From the NCBI GenBank assembly GCA_944386785.1, contig CALXCM010000003.1:936-64935 (forward strand): a DNA stretch of 64,000 nt. The letters run 5' to 3'. The number at the start of each line of letters is the position of its first letter. Positions within the stretch are counted from its first letter, which is position 1. The stretch is from an uncultured Clostridia bacterium. Its GTDB lineage: Bacteria > Bacillota > Clostridia > TANB77 > CAG-508. Below the pieces are notes generated by a model that was not told the origin of the DNA, did not search any database, and was given only the letters and a program-made list of their open reading frames with translations. Positions 49,241-60,310 of the stretch are shown in pieces. Position numbers and translations under genes: made by a program.

Positions 49241-50956
49241 TTATAATACTGTTTTTATTTCTTCAAATCTTTTTACTTTTTGTGTTGTTGTTTTTATTAA
49301 TTCTTTATCTGTTATTGTAATATCTCTTACATATTTATATGCTGGCATAGATTTATTTGCTTTTTTTACTTCTTGCCAAATAGCTTCTTTTAATTCTTCT
49401 TCATTTTTTACATTATAATATTCTTTTGCAACATCTACATCATAAACTATTTTTGCACAAATTTTATAATCTCCATCATCTTCTGGTTTTCCATATACGA
49501 AACTTTCTTTTACGCCTTCAATTTTATTTAATAAAGCTTCTATCTCTTCTGGATAAATATTTTTTCCATTTTTTAATACTATAACAAATTTCTTTCTTCC
49601 TGATATAAAGATATACCCATCTTTATCAATTTTTGCTAGATCTCCTGTATGAAGCCATCCATCTTGTGTTAATGTTTCTTTTGTTGCTTCTTCATTATTA
49701 TAATATCCAAGCATTATAGAATCTCCTTTTGCTAAAAGTTCTCCTATTCCTTCTTCATTTGGATTTTCTATTTTTACATCAACACTTGGAAAAGCTCTTC
49801 CAATTGAACCTATTCTTCTAAATTTATCATCTTCTGCTGCAATTACTGGTGAACTTTCTGTTAAACCATAACCTTGGTATGTAGTAAATCCTAAGTCATT
49901 AAATCCTCTTTCTACTTCTGGATCAAAAGCTGCTCCTCCAGCAACAAATAGTCTTACTTTTCCACCTAATGTATTATGAATTTCTTTAAATAATTTTTTC
50001 CTTACATCTATTCCAAATTTTAATAAAAATTTGCTTATTTTAATCCCTTTTTGTAATGTTTCTAATTTTCCTTGTTTTTCTACTGTTTTCATTACTCTTT
50101 TATACATTGTTTCAAATAAAATTGGAACTGAAATCATTGCTGTTGCTTGATATTCTTTTAAGTTTTCTGCAATATGACGAATTCCTTCACAAAATGCTAT
50201 TTGTGAACCTACAGATAATGGGAATAAAAATCCTACTGTACATTCAAATGTATGGTGTAATGGTAAAAATGATAAAAATCTATCTTCTGGTGTTGCTTTA
50301 ATTACTCCTGCTATGTCTTGAAGGTTTGTACATATATTTTTATGTGACAACATTACTGCTTTTGACATTGCTGTTGTTCCTGATGTAAATAGCATTATAC
50401 TCATTGTTTCTGGATTTATTTTACTATCTAAAAATTCTCTGTTTCCTTCTTGTAAAAGTTTTTCTCCGTTTTTAATTAATTCTTTTTCTGAAAGTACTCC
50501 ATTTTCTTCTTTATCTAAATCCATTGAAATAAAGTATTTTACATTTGTTGTTTCTTTTTTTCTTATATCTTCCATTATTTCATCATATTTACTTGAATAG
50601 AAAATTGCTTCTACTTCTGAACGAATCATTAAGCTTTCTATTTCATTTGCTGGAAGTGCTCTATCTAATGGAACAACTATTCCTGTTCCTGTTACTGTTG
50701 CAAGATATGCAATTCCCCATTCATATCTATTTTCTGAAATTACTGCTATTCTTTTGTCTTTTAGTCCCATATTTACAAGACTTGTTCCTAATGCTTTTAC
50801 ATTGTCTCTTACTTCTTTATGTGTTATATATTTAAATTTTCCTTCTTCTTCAGTTTTAAAAACATATGCTGTTTTTTCTCCAAATTTTTCTCCTGATTTT
50901 TCTAGCATATCTCTTAAGTCTTTAAATTCCATTGCTTTGTATGTTGGTTTTCTCAT
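49241..50956 (-). CDS. AMP-binding long-chain fatty-acid--CoA ligase
   Basis: Contains LFTSGTTAMSKAVMLSH, YGLTESS, TGDLAKIDKDGY and GKNIYPEEIE. Confidence 0.8.
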   Translation of the reverse strand: MRKPTYKAMEFKDLRDMLEKSGEKFGEKTAYVFKTEEEGKFKYITHKEVRDNVKALGTSLVNMGLKDKRIAVISENRYEWGIAYLATVTGTGIVVPLDRALPANEIESLMIRSEVEAIFYSSKYDEIMEDIRKKETTNVKYFISMDLDKEENGVLSEKELIKNGEKLLQEGNREFLDSKINPETMSIMLFTSGTTAMSKAVMLSHKNICTNLQDIAGVIKATPEDRFLSFLPLHHTFECTVGFLFPLSVGSQIAFCEGIRHIAENLKEYQATAMISVPILFETMYKRVMKTVEKQGKLETLQKGIKISKFLLKFGIDVRKKLFKEIHNTLGGKVRLFVAGGAAFDPEVERGFNDLGFTTYQGYGLTESSPVIAAEDDKFRRIGSIGRAFPSVDVKIENPNEEGIGELLAKGDSIMLGYYNNEEATKETLTQDGWLHTGDLAKIDKDGYIFISGRKKFVIVLKNGKNIYPEEIEALLNKIEGVKESFVYGKPEDDGDYKICAKIVYDVDVAKEYYNVKNEEELKEAIWQEVKKANKSMPAYKYVRDITITDKELIKTTTQKVKRFEEIKTVL

Positions 50957-50983
50957 ACTAATATCCCCTTTTCTTTTTTATTT

Positions 50984-51553
50984 TTATTTTACTTTTAATC
51001 CTTCTATTACAGTACTTTCAAACTCTTTATATAGTCCCATTACATCTAATTCTTTTTTTGTCCTTACTTTATACACTAAAGCAGAACATATTAGTCCATA
51101 TATTTCTGATGCGATACTTTTTGGGTCTCCATTTTTTACTTCTTTTTTTTCTATTCCTTCTTTTACAATTTCTTCAATTTTACTTATGTAATTAAAAATG
51201 TGCTCTTTACACATTTCGTTTCTTGCTTCACTTCCCCAAAACTGGCTAAGAAGAATTTTTATTAAATCTTCATATTTTGCAACTATTTTTATTTCAATAA
51301 GTACTATTGCTTTTAATTTATCTATATAATTTGTATATTTTGCTGTTTTTATATCTATACTATTTTGTAATAATTTCATGCCTTCTTCTACTAAGAAGTT
51401 AAAAATTTCTTCTTTGCTTCCAAAGTGATAATAAAGTGTTCCTTTTGCTACACCTACTGTTGCTGTTATTTCTTCTATACTTGTTGCTTCATATCCTTTT
51501 TCGGCAAATAATTTCATTGAAGTTTCAAATATTTTTCTTTTGGTTTTATTCAT
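50984..51553 (-). CDS. TetR/AcrR family regulator
   Basis: The N-terminal HTH is IFETSMKLFAEKGYEATSIEEITATVGVAKGTLYYHF. Confidence 0.8.
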   Translation of the reverse strand: MNKTKRKIFETSMKLFAEKGYEATSIEEITATVGVAKGTLYYHFGSKEEIFNFLVEEGMKLLQNSIDIKTAKYTNYIDKLKAIVLIEIKIVAKYEDLIKILLSQFWGSEARNEMCKEHIFNYISKIEEIVKEGIEKKEVKNGDPKSIASEIYGLICSALVYKVRTKKELDVMGLYKEFESTVIEGLKVK

Positions 51554-51753
51554 ATTTTAAGCATCCTTTCAAATAAAATAATACCGCATCTATTATATAT
51601 TTTTTTAACATATTTTGCAATAGAATTATTTTTTTTGAACACATCGGTCAGGATTTATTTTAATTTTTTTATAAAATTCCTTTACTTTTTAATATAACTA
51701 ATATAAAATAACCTTGAATTGGATATACTAAGAAGAAAAAATGGAGGAAACAA

Positions 51754-54138
51754 ATGAAAAATAAAAATGAATTAAATTTTAAAGATTTGAAACTCTCTTT
51801 TCCACAAGAGTTGTTTCATTTTGATACTACAGAGGAACTAGATGACATCCAAGGTGGAATTGGTCAAGATAGAGGTATTAAAGCATTAGAGTTTGGACTT
51901 CAAGTAGATGTTAAAGGATATAATATTTTTATAGAAGGTCCTTCTGGTGTTGGAAAAACAATGTACACAAAAAATTATTTAAATAAAATTGCACCAAAAA
52001 AGAAAGTACCTTCTGACTGGTGTTATATATATAATTTTGATAATCCAAATGAACCAATTGCAGTTGAACTTCCTGCTGGTCAAGGAAAAGAATTTAAAGC
52101 AGCAATGGATGGATTTATAAAAGAAATTAGAAAAGATATAAAAAATACATTTAATAATGACGATTTTGAAAAAGAAAAAGCTTTAATAAAACAAGAATTT
52201 GAAGAAAAGCGTTCTAAATTATTAGAACAATTAAACGAAGATGCTTCTAAATATAATTTTCAAGTAAGAACAGCACAAAACGGAATATATATGATGCCTG
52301 TTGTAGATGGAAAAGTTATTCAAGAAGAAGAATTTGATAAATTAGCTGATGAAGTAAAAAAAGAATATGAAGAAAAATCAGTATTTGTACAAGAACAGAT
52401 TATGAATGCAATAAGTCAAATCAAAGAAATTGAGCGCCAATCTGACAAAAAGATTTCTGAATGGCAATCAAATGTTGCTTTACTTACTGTAAATGTTCAT
52501 ATAAATTATTTAAAATCAAAATATAAAAGAAATAAAAAAATAAATAAATTTTTAAATGATGTAAAACAAGATGTATTAAAAAATGTGCCTATCTTTTTAG
52601 AAGATGAAACAAAACAAAATGCTCAAAATGGACACCCTATGCAAAAAAGGCCTGACCCTTGTTTAAATTACAGAGTAAATCTATTTATTGATAATTCTTC
52701 TTTAGAAGGTGCTCCTGTAATTATGGATTCAAATTATTCTTATCATAACATTTTTGGTTCTCTTGAATATGAAAATGTTTATGGAGCTTTAAAAACAGAT
52801 CATACAATGTTAAAACCAGGTTTACTACAAAAAGCAAATGGTGGATATATTATTTTTCAAGCAAAAGATTTACTAGCAAATGGTATGTGTTATGATGCAT
52901 TAAAAAAAGCTTTAAGAACTAAAGAAATAGGAATTGAAAACACTGTTGATCAGCGTTCTTCTATGGTTTTAGTTTCTTTAAAACCTGAACCTATTCCTCT
53001 TAATTTAAAAGTAATTTTAATTGGAAGTCCAAATATATATCAAACTTTACTTGCAATGGATACTGATTTTAGAAAATTATTTAAAATTAAAGTTGAGTTT
53101 GAAGATGATGCACCAATTACAGAAGAAAATGTAAATAAATTAGCTCAAATAATACATGGCTTTTGCTCTCATGAGGGTATTCCTCATTTAGATAAAAGTG
53201 CTATGGCAAGACTTATAGAATATGCTTCAAAACTTGCAGGAAGTCATAAAAAAATCTCAACAAGGTTTGATGATTTAATTCAAGTTGCAAGCGAAGCAGG
53301 TACTTGGGCTAAACTTTCTAAATCTAAAGTTGTAACTGCAAAATTTATAGACAAAGCTTTAGAAGAAAGAGTTGAGAGAGTAAAAAAATATGATGCAAAA
53401 TATTTAGAAATGATAAAAGAACATTCATTATTAATAAATACTTCTGGATATGAAGTAGGACAATTAAATGGTTTAACAGTTCTAAGTATTGGAGATTATA
53501 CTTTTGGAAAACCTGCAAAAATAACAGTAAATACTTACACAGGAAAAAATGGAATTATAAATATAGAAAGAGAAGTTGAAATCTCAGGTCCTTCTCATTC
53601 TAAAGGTGTTTTAATCCTTTCTGCTTATTTAGGAGAAATGTTTGCACAAGATATTCCACTTTGTTTAACAGCAAGTATTTGTTTTGAACAATTATATAAT
53701 GGAGTTGATGGTGATAGTGCTTCTAGTACAGAACTTTATGGCTTATTATCTAGTCTTTCTGGAATACCTATTAATCAATCAATTGCAGTTACTGGTTCTG
53801 TTAATCAAAAAGGTGACATACAACCAATAGGTGGAGTTAATGAAAAAATAGAAGGATTTTTCCAGATTTGTAAACTTCGTGGACTAAATGGTTCACATGG
53901 TGTTATGATACCTGTACAAAACATTGATAATTTGCAACTTTCTGATGAGATAATAGATGCTGTTAAAAATAAGTTATTCCATATTTATGCTGTTTCAAAT
54001 ATCGAAGAAGGAATTGAAGTTTTAACAGGTGTACCTGCTGGTAAAAAAGATAAAGATGGTAATTTCCCTGCAGGAACTGTAAATTATTTAGTACATGAAA
54101 AATTAAAAAGATATGCAAAAATTAGTGAAAATAAATAA
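51754..54138 (+). CDS. Lon-like ATP-dependent protease (LonC type)
   Basis: Contains the Walker A motif GPSGVGKT with a long helical insertion. The C-terminal S16 domain has DGDSASST...VTGSVNQKGDIQPIGGVNEKIEGF. Confidence 0.75.
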   Translation: MKNKNELNFKDLKLSFPQELFHFDTTEELDDIQGGIGQDRGIKALEFGLQVDVKGYNIFIEGPSGVGKTMYTKNYLNKIAPKKKVPSDWCYIYNFDNPNEPIAVELPAGQGKEFKAAMDGFIKEIRKDIKNTFNNDDFEKEKALIKQEFEEKRSKLLEQLNEDASKYNFQVRTAQNGIYMMPVVDGKVIQEEEFDKLADEVKKEYEEKSVFVQEQIMNAISQIKEIERQSDKKISEWQSNVALLTVNVHINYLKSKYKRNKKINKFLNDVKQDVLKNVPIFLEDETKQNAQNGHPMQKRPDPCLNYRVNLFIDNSSLEGAPVIMDSNYSYHNIFGSLEYENVYGALKTDHTMLKPGLLQKANGGYIIFQAKDLLANGMCYDALKKALRTKEIGIENTVDQRSSMVLVSLKPEPIPLNLKVILIGSPNIYQTLLAMDTDFRKLFKIKVEFEDDAPITEENVNKLAQIIHGFCSHEGIPHLDKSAMARLIEYASKLAGSHKKISTRFDDLIQVASEAGTWAKLSKSKVVTAKFIDKALEERVERVKKYDAKYLEMIKEHSLLINTSGYEVGQLNGLTVLSIGDYTFGKPAKITVNTYTGKNGIINIEREVEISGPSHSKGVLILSAYLGEMFAQDIPLCLTASICFEQLYNGVDGDSASSTELYGLLSSLSGIPINQSIAVTGSVNQKGDIQPIGGVNEKIEGFFQICKLRGLNGSHGVMIPVQNIDNLQLSDEIIDAVKNKLFHIYAVSNIEEGIEVLTGVPAGKKDKDGNFPAGTVNYLVHEKLKRYAKISENK

Positions 54139-54144
54139 AAATCA

Positions 54145-54181
54145 CCCTAGAATTTAGTTTTTTAAATTCTAGGGATTTTTT
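54145..54181 (+). terminator. Intrinsic terminator after the Lon-like gene
   Basis: The hairpin ccctagaattt...aaattctaggg is followed by a T-run. Confidence 0.7.
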
Positions 54182-54563
54182 AAAATATATTTTGAAGATT
54201 AAATGCATATTTATCTTCTATATGATTTAATAAAAATATCGTTTTTTCTAAGTTTTCATTTGTTTCTATATAATTTTCATTTTCTATTTTTCCTTTTAAT
54301 ACTACAAGTTCTGCTTCAACTTTTTCTAATTCATTATGTTCTATATAATATGCTAATATATTAAATCTTTTTTTCCAAGTATCATATATATCATTAAATT
54401 CCTCTTTACTTACATCTTGTTTTAACACTTCTAATTTTTTAGTTAATTCTTCTACAGAATTTTTTGTATATTCTTGAGACATAAAATTTCCTAATAATAT
54501 TAAAGAAACAATTATTAGGCTCACCAAAATTTCTCTTATCATCTTTTCTCCTTTTTTTGACAA
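54180..54563 (-). CDS. DUF4363 family protein
   Basis: Small protein with an N-terminal TM segment. It is located downstream of a DUF421 gene, which is the usual pairing. Confidence 0.55.
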   Translation of the reverse strand: MSKKGEKMIREILVSLIIVSLILLGNFMSQEYTKNSVEELTKKLEVLKQDVSKEEFNDIYDTWKKRFNILAYYIEHNELEKVEAELVVLKGKIENENYIETNENLEKTIFLLNHIEDKYAFNLQNIF

Positions 54564-55213
54564 AAAATTTGATTTTTACCATCTATGGTAACAACTAATG
54601 CATCTTCTGGTCTTACATGAAATTTTTGAAGTTCTTTTTCTAACCATATTTTATCTTTTCCAATTTCTTTTAAATTTTTTTCCATTATTTTCCCATCTAT
54701 TACTAAATCATATGGTATTCCTTCATATTCTACATCTAATTTTAAGTCTTCTATTTTCACACCTCTTTTTTCTGGTTTTTCTATTATTGTTACTTCTCCA
54801 TTTGTTTCTAATATTGCATATTCTATATCTCCTAAGTTAAAGACATTGTTTCCTCTTAATCTTTCCTGAAGTTCATTTATTGTAAATCTTTCTTTTTTTA
54901 AAGCTTTTTCATCTATTTTTCCTCTATATATTAAAATCCTTGGTTTTCCACAGATTATTTCTCTTGCCTTTATACTTTTTAAATTTATTCCAGAAATTAT
55001 TATATGCATAAGTAATAATCCTAATATTGGTATTATTCCATTAAATATTGGTATTCCAATTTCAGACATTGGGATTGTTGCTAAATCTGCAATCATAATA
55101 GAAATCGCAAGTTCAAATGGTTGAAGTTGCCCTATTTCTCGTTTTCCCATAAATCTCATAACTATTAATACTATTATATATAAAATAATGGAACGAAAAA
55201 ATGTTATTAACAT
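54539..55213 (-). CDS. DUF421 (YetF-like) membrane protein
   Basis: Contains RFMGKREIGQLQPFELAISIMIADLA, with a C-terminal soluble domain. Confidence 0.7.
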   Translation of the reverse strand: MLITFFRSIILYIIVLIVMRFMGKREIGQLQPFELAISIMIADLATIPMSEIGIPIFNGIIPILGLLLMHIIISGINLKSIKAREIICGKPRILIYRGKIDEKALKKERFTINELQERLRGNNVFNLGDIEYAILETNGEVTIIEKPEKRGVKIEDLKLDVEYEGIPYDLVIDGKIMEKNLKEIGKDKIWLEKELQKFHVRPEDALVVTIDGKNQIFCQKKEKR

Positions 55214-55377
55214 TTAAATTTTCCCTTCTAAAATTAGATTTTTATTTGTTTTATTTTTTACAAATTTTAACTTTTTTATACTAGTATTTTTGAATAAATA
55301 ATATTTTTTTGCAAATAATATAATTGCAACCTTTTATTTTTACAATATGAATTAAAAAACTAAGGAGGTCAAGACTT

Positions 55378-55752
55378 ATGTCACACTCTAATGAAACAGA
55401 AGCATCAAAGACAACTTCTACTGCAATGCAAGTAATTGGTAGATTTGTTGCTGCTGCGGTTGTACTTGCTATTACTGCATTTTTTACACCAGGATTTACT
55501 ATTAATAGTATTTGGACTTTAGCTTTATCTGCTATAGTTTTAACTGCTATTGATTATTTAATTGTTAAATTTACAGGTCTACATGCAAGTCCTTTTGGAA
55601 AAGGTTTTGTTGGATTTGCATTAGCAGCAATTACATTATATGTAACACAATTCTTCGTTGCAGGATATTCAATTTCTTGGATTGCTGCAATTATTGGTGC
55701 ATTAATTTATGGTGTTGTTGATTATTTTATACCAGGAAATCAAGAAATGTAG
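55378..55752 (+). CDS. Four-TM membrane protein (DUF2512 / holin-4-like)
   Basis: It has an AGGAGG RBS, and four hydrophobic segments were read by eye. The family assignment is tentative. Confidence 0.4.
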   Translation: MSHSNETEASKTTSTAMQVIGRFVAAAVVLAITAFFTPGFTINSIWTLALSAIVLTAIDYLIVKFTGLHASPFGKGFVGFALAAITLYVTQFFVAGYSISWIAAIIGALIYGVVDYFIPGNQEM

Positions 55753-55760
55753 TAAAAAAA

Positions 55761-55801
55761 GCGATATAATCTTTTTATCTTAGATTATACCGCTTTTTTT
55801 T
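55761..55801 (+). terminator. Intrinsic terminator
   Basis: The hairpin gcgatataatct...agattataccgc is followed by T9. Confidence 0.7.
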
Positions 55802-56466
55802 TAATATTTTTCTACAATTTCATTTTTATTTTTATAAATACTATTTTTTGGAACTACTCCTCTTACTGAAGATAATGGATAAATATTGGTATTTTTACCA
55901 ACTACAGTTCCAGGATTTAAAACTGAACCGCATCCTACTTCTACATTATCTCCTATCATTGCACCAATTTTCTTTATTCCTGTTTCTATTTTTTCATTTT
56001 TTCCTTTTATCACAACTAATTTTTTATCTGATTTTACATTTGATGTAATAGAACCTGCTCCCATATGTGATTTATACCCTAATATTGAATCTCCTACATA
56101 ATTATAGTGTGGAACTTGAACTTTATTAAATAATATAACATTTTTTAGTTCTGTAGAATTTCCTACTACTGCTCCATTTCCTACAATTACTTTCCCTCTA
56201 ATAAAACTACAATGCCTTATTTCGGCATCTTCTCCGATTATTGCAGGACCTTTTATATATGCTGACGGATAGACATTAGCAGACTTTGCAATCCAAACAT
56301 CTTCTCCCTTTTTTTCATATTTTTCTTTGTCTAACTTATTTCCAAGTTCTATTATGTATTCTGCAATATTAGGTAATACTTCCCATGGATATGTATATTT
56401 TTCTAATAAGTCTTTTGCTATTGTTTCATCTAAATTATATAAATTTTTTATTTTACATTCTTCCAT
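55801..56466 (-). CDS. Left-handed beta-helix (hexapeptide repeat) transferase
   Basis: Hexapeptide repeats of the type IGEDAEIRHCSFIRGKVIVGNGAVVGNSTELKNVILF, and others. Confidence 0.6.
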   Translation of the reverse strand: MEECKIKNLYNLDETIAKDLLEKYTYPWEVLPNIAEYIIELGNKLDKEKYEKKGEDVWIAKSANVYPSAYIKGPAIIGEDAEIRHCSFIRGKVIVGNGAVVGNSTELKNVILFNKVQVPHYNYVGDSILGYKSHMGAGSITSNVKSDKKLVVIKGKNEKIETGIKKIGAMIGDNVEVGCGSVLNPGTVVGKNTNIYPLSSVRGVVPKNSIYKNKNEIVEKY

Positions 56467-56486
56467 AATTCATCCTTCTTTCAAGG

Positions 56487-57743
56487 TTAGTCTGCTTTTT
56501 TATTTCTATTCCAGTATTTTTCGTATAATTCTTTTGCTGTTCTTGGACTATCCACACCTTCCTTATTTTTTACAGGTGCAAAATCATCTTCTCTTTTTCC
56601 TCTTAAAATTGCTATATCATCAAATAATTCAAATGCATCAAATATAAATGATTCAAATTTATATGAATTTGGCTTGGTTGGTATTACTTCTTTTCCATCT
56701 TCATCTATATATGAATTTTTCTTAAATGCGCTATGGTAAATTAATGGCTCTTTACTTATTCTTTCTATTGCATCTATTGTGTATAAATTACACATTATAT
56801 GTGATTCTCCAAATTTTAATTCTCCATTTTCGTCTACTTCTTCTGCCATTTTTTCAGGAAGTTCTGTATATTCTATTACTTTTGGATGTCCGTTCATTTT
56901 GCAAAATACTCCTACTTTTTCATGAGGATTTGCTTTTACTACTGATTTTGATGCTATTTGCACATTTTTATCTATTGCAAGACCTAGTAAAGTAACATCT
57001 ACCATTTTTAGCAAAGCATTATCAACACTTCCTATAAACACCCATTTAATGCCATTTTCTTTCATTTCTGCTAAACAACCACTTGCTCTTAGAGATGAGT
57101 ATGTACCACCATTTCCATCTGATGCTTCTTTTATTTTATAGTTTTTATCTATTAATAGTTTCCCATTTGTATCTACTAATGGTAATTCACTTTGTGTAAA
57201 TATTTTTACCTTTTCTTTTGGATACCCAAAATATTTATGTTTTTCTAAAAAATTTACTGTTTCTTCATTATTTTCTTTGCTTGTCATTATATACCAAAAA
57301 ATATTCACACCATATTTTTTATTTGCTTCTTTTAAGTTTTCTGTTAATATTTCAAATAAATATTTTCCTTTTCCATATACATCTAGTTTAAAAGTACCTT
57401 TAGGTCCTGTGTGTCCTAGTCTTGTTCCTTGACCTCCTGCCATTGTAACTACTGCATATTCACCTTTTTTTATTACATCTTCTCCTAATTTATCTAAATT
57501 TTCTTTTTCTTCTTTTGTAAGTTTACTCTTGTCAACATATTTTATTGCTTCTATTTTGTTTTCTTTTATTTCAATTTCTTTTTTTGTATTTTCATATAGC
57601 TCATGAATTTGATTAAAATCAATTCTCATTATTTGGTCTATTAGTTCTTGCTTTTTTTCGCCTTCTAAATTATCTAATAATCTTATTATATGGTCTTGAT
57701 TATAGGTTTTAAGTATTTCTATTGCGTCCTTTGTTTTATCCAT
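56487..57743 (-). CDS. UDPGP-family (UAP1-like) UDP-sugar pyrophosphorylase
   Basis: Contains MAGGQGTRLGHTGPKG and the overall UDPGP layout. 418 aa. Confidence 0.7.
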   Translation of the reverse strand: MDKTKDAIEILKTYNQDHIIRLLDNLEGEKKQELIDQIMRIDFNQIHELYENTKKEIEIKENKIEAIKYVDKSKLTKEEKENLDKLGEDVIKKGEYAVVTMAGGQGTRLGHTGPKGTFKLDVYGKGKYLFEILTENLKEANKKYGVNIFWYIMTSKENNEETVNFLEKHKYFGYPKEKVKIFTQSELPLVDTNGKLLIDKNYKIKEASDGNGGTYSSLRASGCLAEMKENGIKWVFIGSVDNALLKMVDVTLLGLAIDKNVQIASKSVVKANPHEKVGVFCKMNGHPKVIEYTELPEKMAEEVDENGELKFGESHIMCNLYTIDAIERISKEPLIYHSAFKKNSYIDEDGKEVIPTKPNSYKFESFIFDAFELFDDIAILRGKREDDFAPVKNKEGVDSPRTAKELYEKYWNRNKKAD

Positions 57744-57942
57744 TTTGCCTCATCCCTTCTAAAGCTTTTAAATATATTTCTACTTTTATTATATGTACTT
57801 ATATTTCATGTTGTTATTTTAACACAATACCTTTTTATTATCAAGTTTTTTAGAAAACTTGTCATATTCTAAGTTTTTCATCAATATATATTAACTAAAG
57901 TATTTAGTACAAACATTATGCTTTTAATTTAAGGAGGTATAT

Positions 57943-59422
57943 ATGGAAAACACAAAATTATATCAAGACATAGCTAAAAGAACTGATGGAGATATTTATG
58001 TAGGAGTTGTAGGGCCAGTAAGAACTGGAAAATCTACTTTTATTAAGAAATTTATGGATTTGCTTGTAATTCCAAACATTGATAATGAATTTAAAAAAGA
58101 AAGGGCAAAAGATGAACTCCCTCAAAGTGCTGCTGGTAAAACAATAATGACAACAGAACCAAAATTTGTACCAAATGAAGCTGTTGAAATCACATTAGAT
58201 AATAACCTAAAATTTAAAACAAGATTAGTAGACTGTGTTGGATATTTAGTTTCAAATAGTATTGGATATTTAGAAGATGACATGCCAAGAATGGTTAAAA
58301 CTCCTTGGTCTGATGAAGAAATGCCATTCGAAACAGCAGCAGAAATTGGCACAAAAAAAGTAATTGAAGAACATTCTACAATTGGAATTTTAATTACTAC
58401 AGATGGTTCTATAACAGACATTCCAAGAGATGATTATATTGAAGCAGAAGAAAGAGTGGTATCTGAACTAAAAGCTTTAAACAAGCCATTTATTATTTTA
58501 CTAAATTCATTTGATCCAACTTCTAGCTATACATTAGAACTTGCAAACCATTTAAGTGAAAAATATGGTGTATCTGTTATTCCTATTAATTGTGAAAATT
58601 TAAGCTTAGATGATATTAATAATATCTTTTCTAAAGTATTATATGAATTTCCTTGTAATGAAATTAAAATTAAATTTCCTCGTTGGATAGATGGTTTGGA
58701 TTTTTCTCATCCTTTGAAATTAGAATTATTAAAAGAAATTAAAGATGCTTTTTGCGATGTAAAAGTTTTAAAAGATATCCCTATATGTTCTAAAAAAATA
58801 GAGAAAACAGAAATAATTTCAAAAACTTCTGTATTAGATATTAGGTTAGATTCAGGAAATGCTAATGTTGAAATTACTTTAAATGAAGATTTATTCTACA
58901 ATATTTTAACAGAAATTACAGGTGTTACAATTAATAATGAAGGGGACTTGTTTAGTATAATTTCTAATTTAGCAGATACAAAAAAGAAATATGATAAAAT
59001 TTCATATGCACTCGATGAAGTAGAAAGAAAGGGTTATGGAATTGTTACACCTTCTATTGATGATTTAGTTTTAGCAGAACCTGAGATGATTAAACAAGGC
59101 TCTAGATTTGGTGTTAAGTTAAAAGCTACTGCTCCTTCTATACACTTAATTAAAACAAATGTAGAAACCGAAGTTTCTCCAATTGTTGGCTCTGAAAAGC
59201 AATCTGAAGAACTTGTAAATTACTTACTTTCAGAATTTGAAAGTAATCCAAAAGAAATTTGGAACTCAAATATTTTCGGAAAAAGTCTTCATGAACTTGT
59301 AAACGAAGGATTACAAACAAAACTTTCTAAAATGCCTGAAGATGCCCAAATAAAACTCCAAGAAACTTTAGAAAGAATTGTAAATGAAGGAAGCCGGAGG
59401 ATTAATTTGTATAATACTATAA
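57943..59422 (+). CDS. spoIVA: Stage IV sporulation protein A (needs +1 recoding at CGG 59395-59397)
   Basis: Walker A is GPVRTGKST. The 0 frame gives ...NEGSRRINLYNTIKKG. After the shift it ends NEGS|GGLICIIL, followed by the stop. This matches the conserved SpoIVA C-terminus. The joined protein is 492 aa. Confidence 0.9.
59395..59398 (+). other. spoIVA: In-frame CGG +1 recoding site (AGC CGG A)
   Basis: The +1 frame gives GGLICIIL and then a stop. Confidence 0.8.
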
Positions 59423-59467
59423 AAAAGGGATAGTTCATTTTGAACTTCCCTTTTATTTTACACTTAA

Positions 59468-60310
59468 TTAAATTTCCTTTTTTAATTTTTCTATTTCTTC
59501 CTTTGGCAATCCTGTAATTGATACAATATCTTCTATTTTAAACTTTCTTTTTAGCATATTTTTTGCTATTTCTAACTTTTCTTCTGCTTTTCCTTTTGCT
59601 TCTCCTTCTTTTTGTGCTTGTCCAATTTCACTATTTCTATCCATTTCCCATTTTTCTCTTAACTCTGCTAGTCTTTTTACTTCTTCATCTCCTGTTAGAT
59701 ATTCTACTTCTTTTTTTGCTTCTTTTATTACTTTATTTTTTTCCTCTGCCATTTTCAATAGCCCCCTATCTTCACTATCTATTAATGCTAGCCACTGATT
59801 TACTTTATCTCCCATATCTGGATTTGATGCCCTAAACTTTGGTAACTCTATAAAATACCACTGCATTCCTTTTATTGCTTCATAATCTTTATGCTCTTTT
59901 AATACTATTTCTGTTTTGGATACATATTCTTTAAATCCAAATAATTCATAATCTAATATATTTACCATTATTATTGGATTTATTCTTTCATATTTTTCTC
60001 CTCGTTCTACTTCTCTTGATAATATCTTTGATGCATAATACATTGTCCTTTTTTCCATGTTTTCTAAGTTTCTTAACTGCATCTCTATATTTACTATTAA
60101 TCCACCATTTAATTTTGCTTCTAAATCTAGTCTTCCACCTTTTTCTTTTTCATCTAGTTTTAATAGACTTACTTCACTTCTTATATCTATTTTTTCTATA
60201 TGTATTTTTAATAGTGATTCTAAAAATTCTTTTAAATATTTTTCATTTCCTTTTCTTCCAAAGAATGCTTTAAACATTATATCATTCTTAAGATTTAATT
60301 TTTGGCTCAT
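59468..60310 (-). CDS. Rpn/YhgA-like PD-(D/E)XK nuclease (putative transposase), copy 3
   Basis: Contains NDIMFKAFFG...RLDLEAK...NIEMQ, with the C-terminal tail ITGLPKEEIEKL. Confidence 0.7.
   Translation of the reverse strand: MSQKLNLKNDIMFKAFFGRKGNEKYLKEFLESLLKIHIEKIDIRSEVSLLKLDEKEKGGRLDLEAKLNGGLIVNIEMQLRNLENMEKRTMYYASKILSREVERGEKYERINPIIMVNILDYELFGFKEYVSKTEIVLKEHKDYEAIKGMQWYFIELPKFRASNPDMGDKVNQWLALIDSEDRGLLKMAEEKNKVIKEAKKEVEYLTGDEEVKRLAELREKWEMDRNSEIGQAQKEGEAKGKAEEKLEIAKNMLKRKFKIEDIVSITGLPKEEIEKLKKEI

Noticed and set aside
51754-54138. The Lon-like protease could be a BREX BrxL-type defence component.
   Set aside because: There are no neighbouring BREX, methyltransferase or phosphatase genes. 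The flanks are a TetR/acyl-CoA ligase pair and DUF421/DUF4363 genes. The architecture fits LonC-type proteases of Firmicutes.
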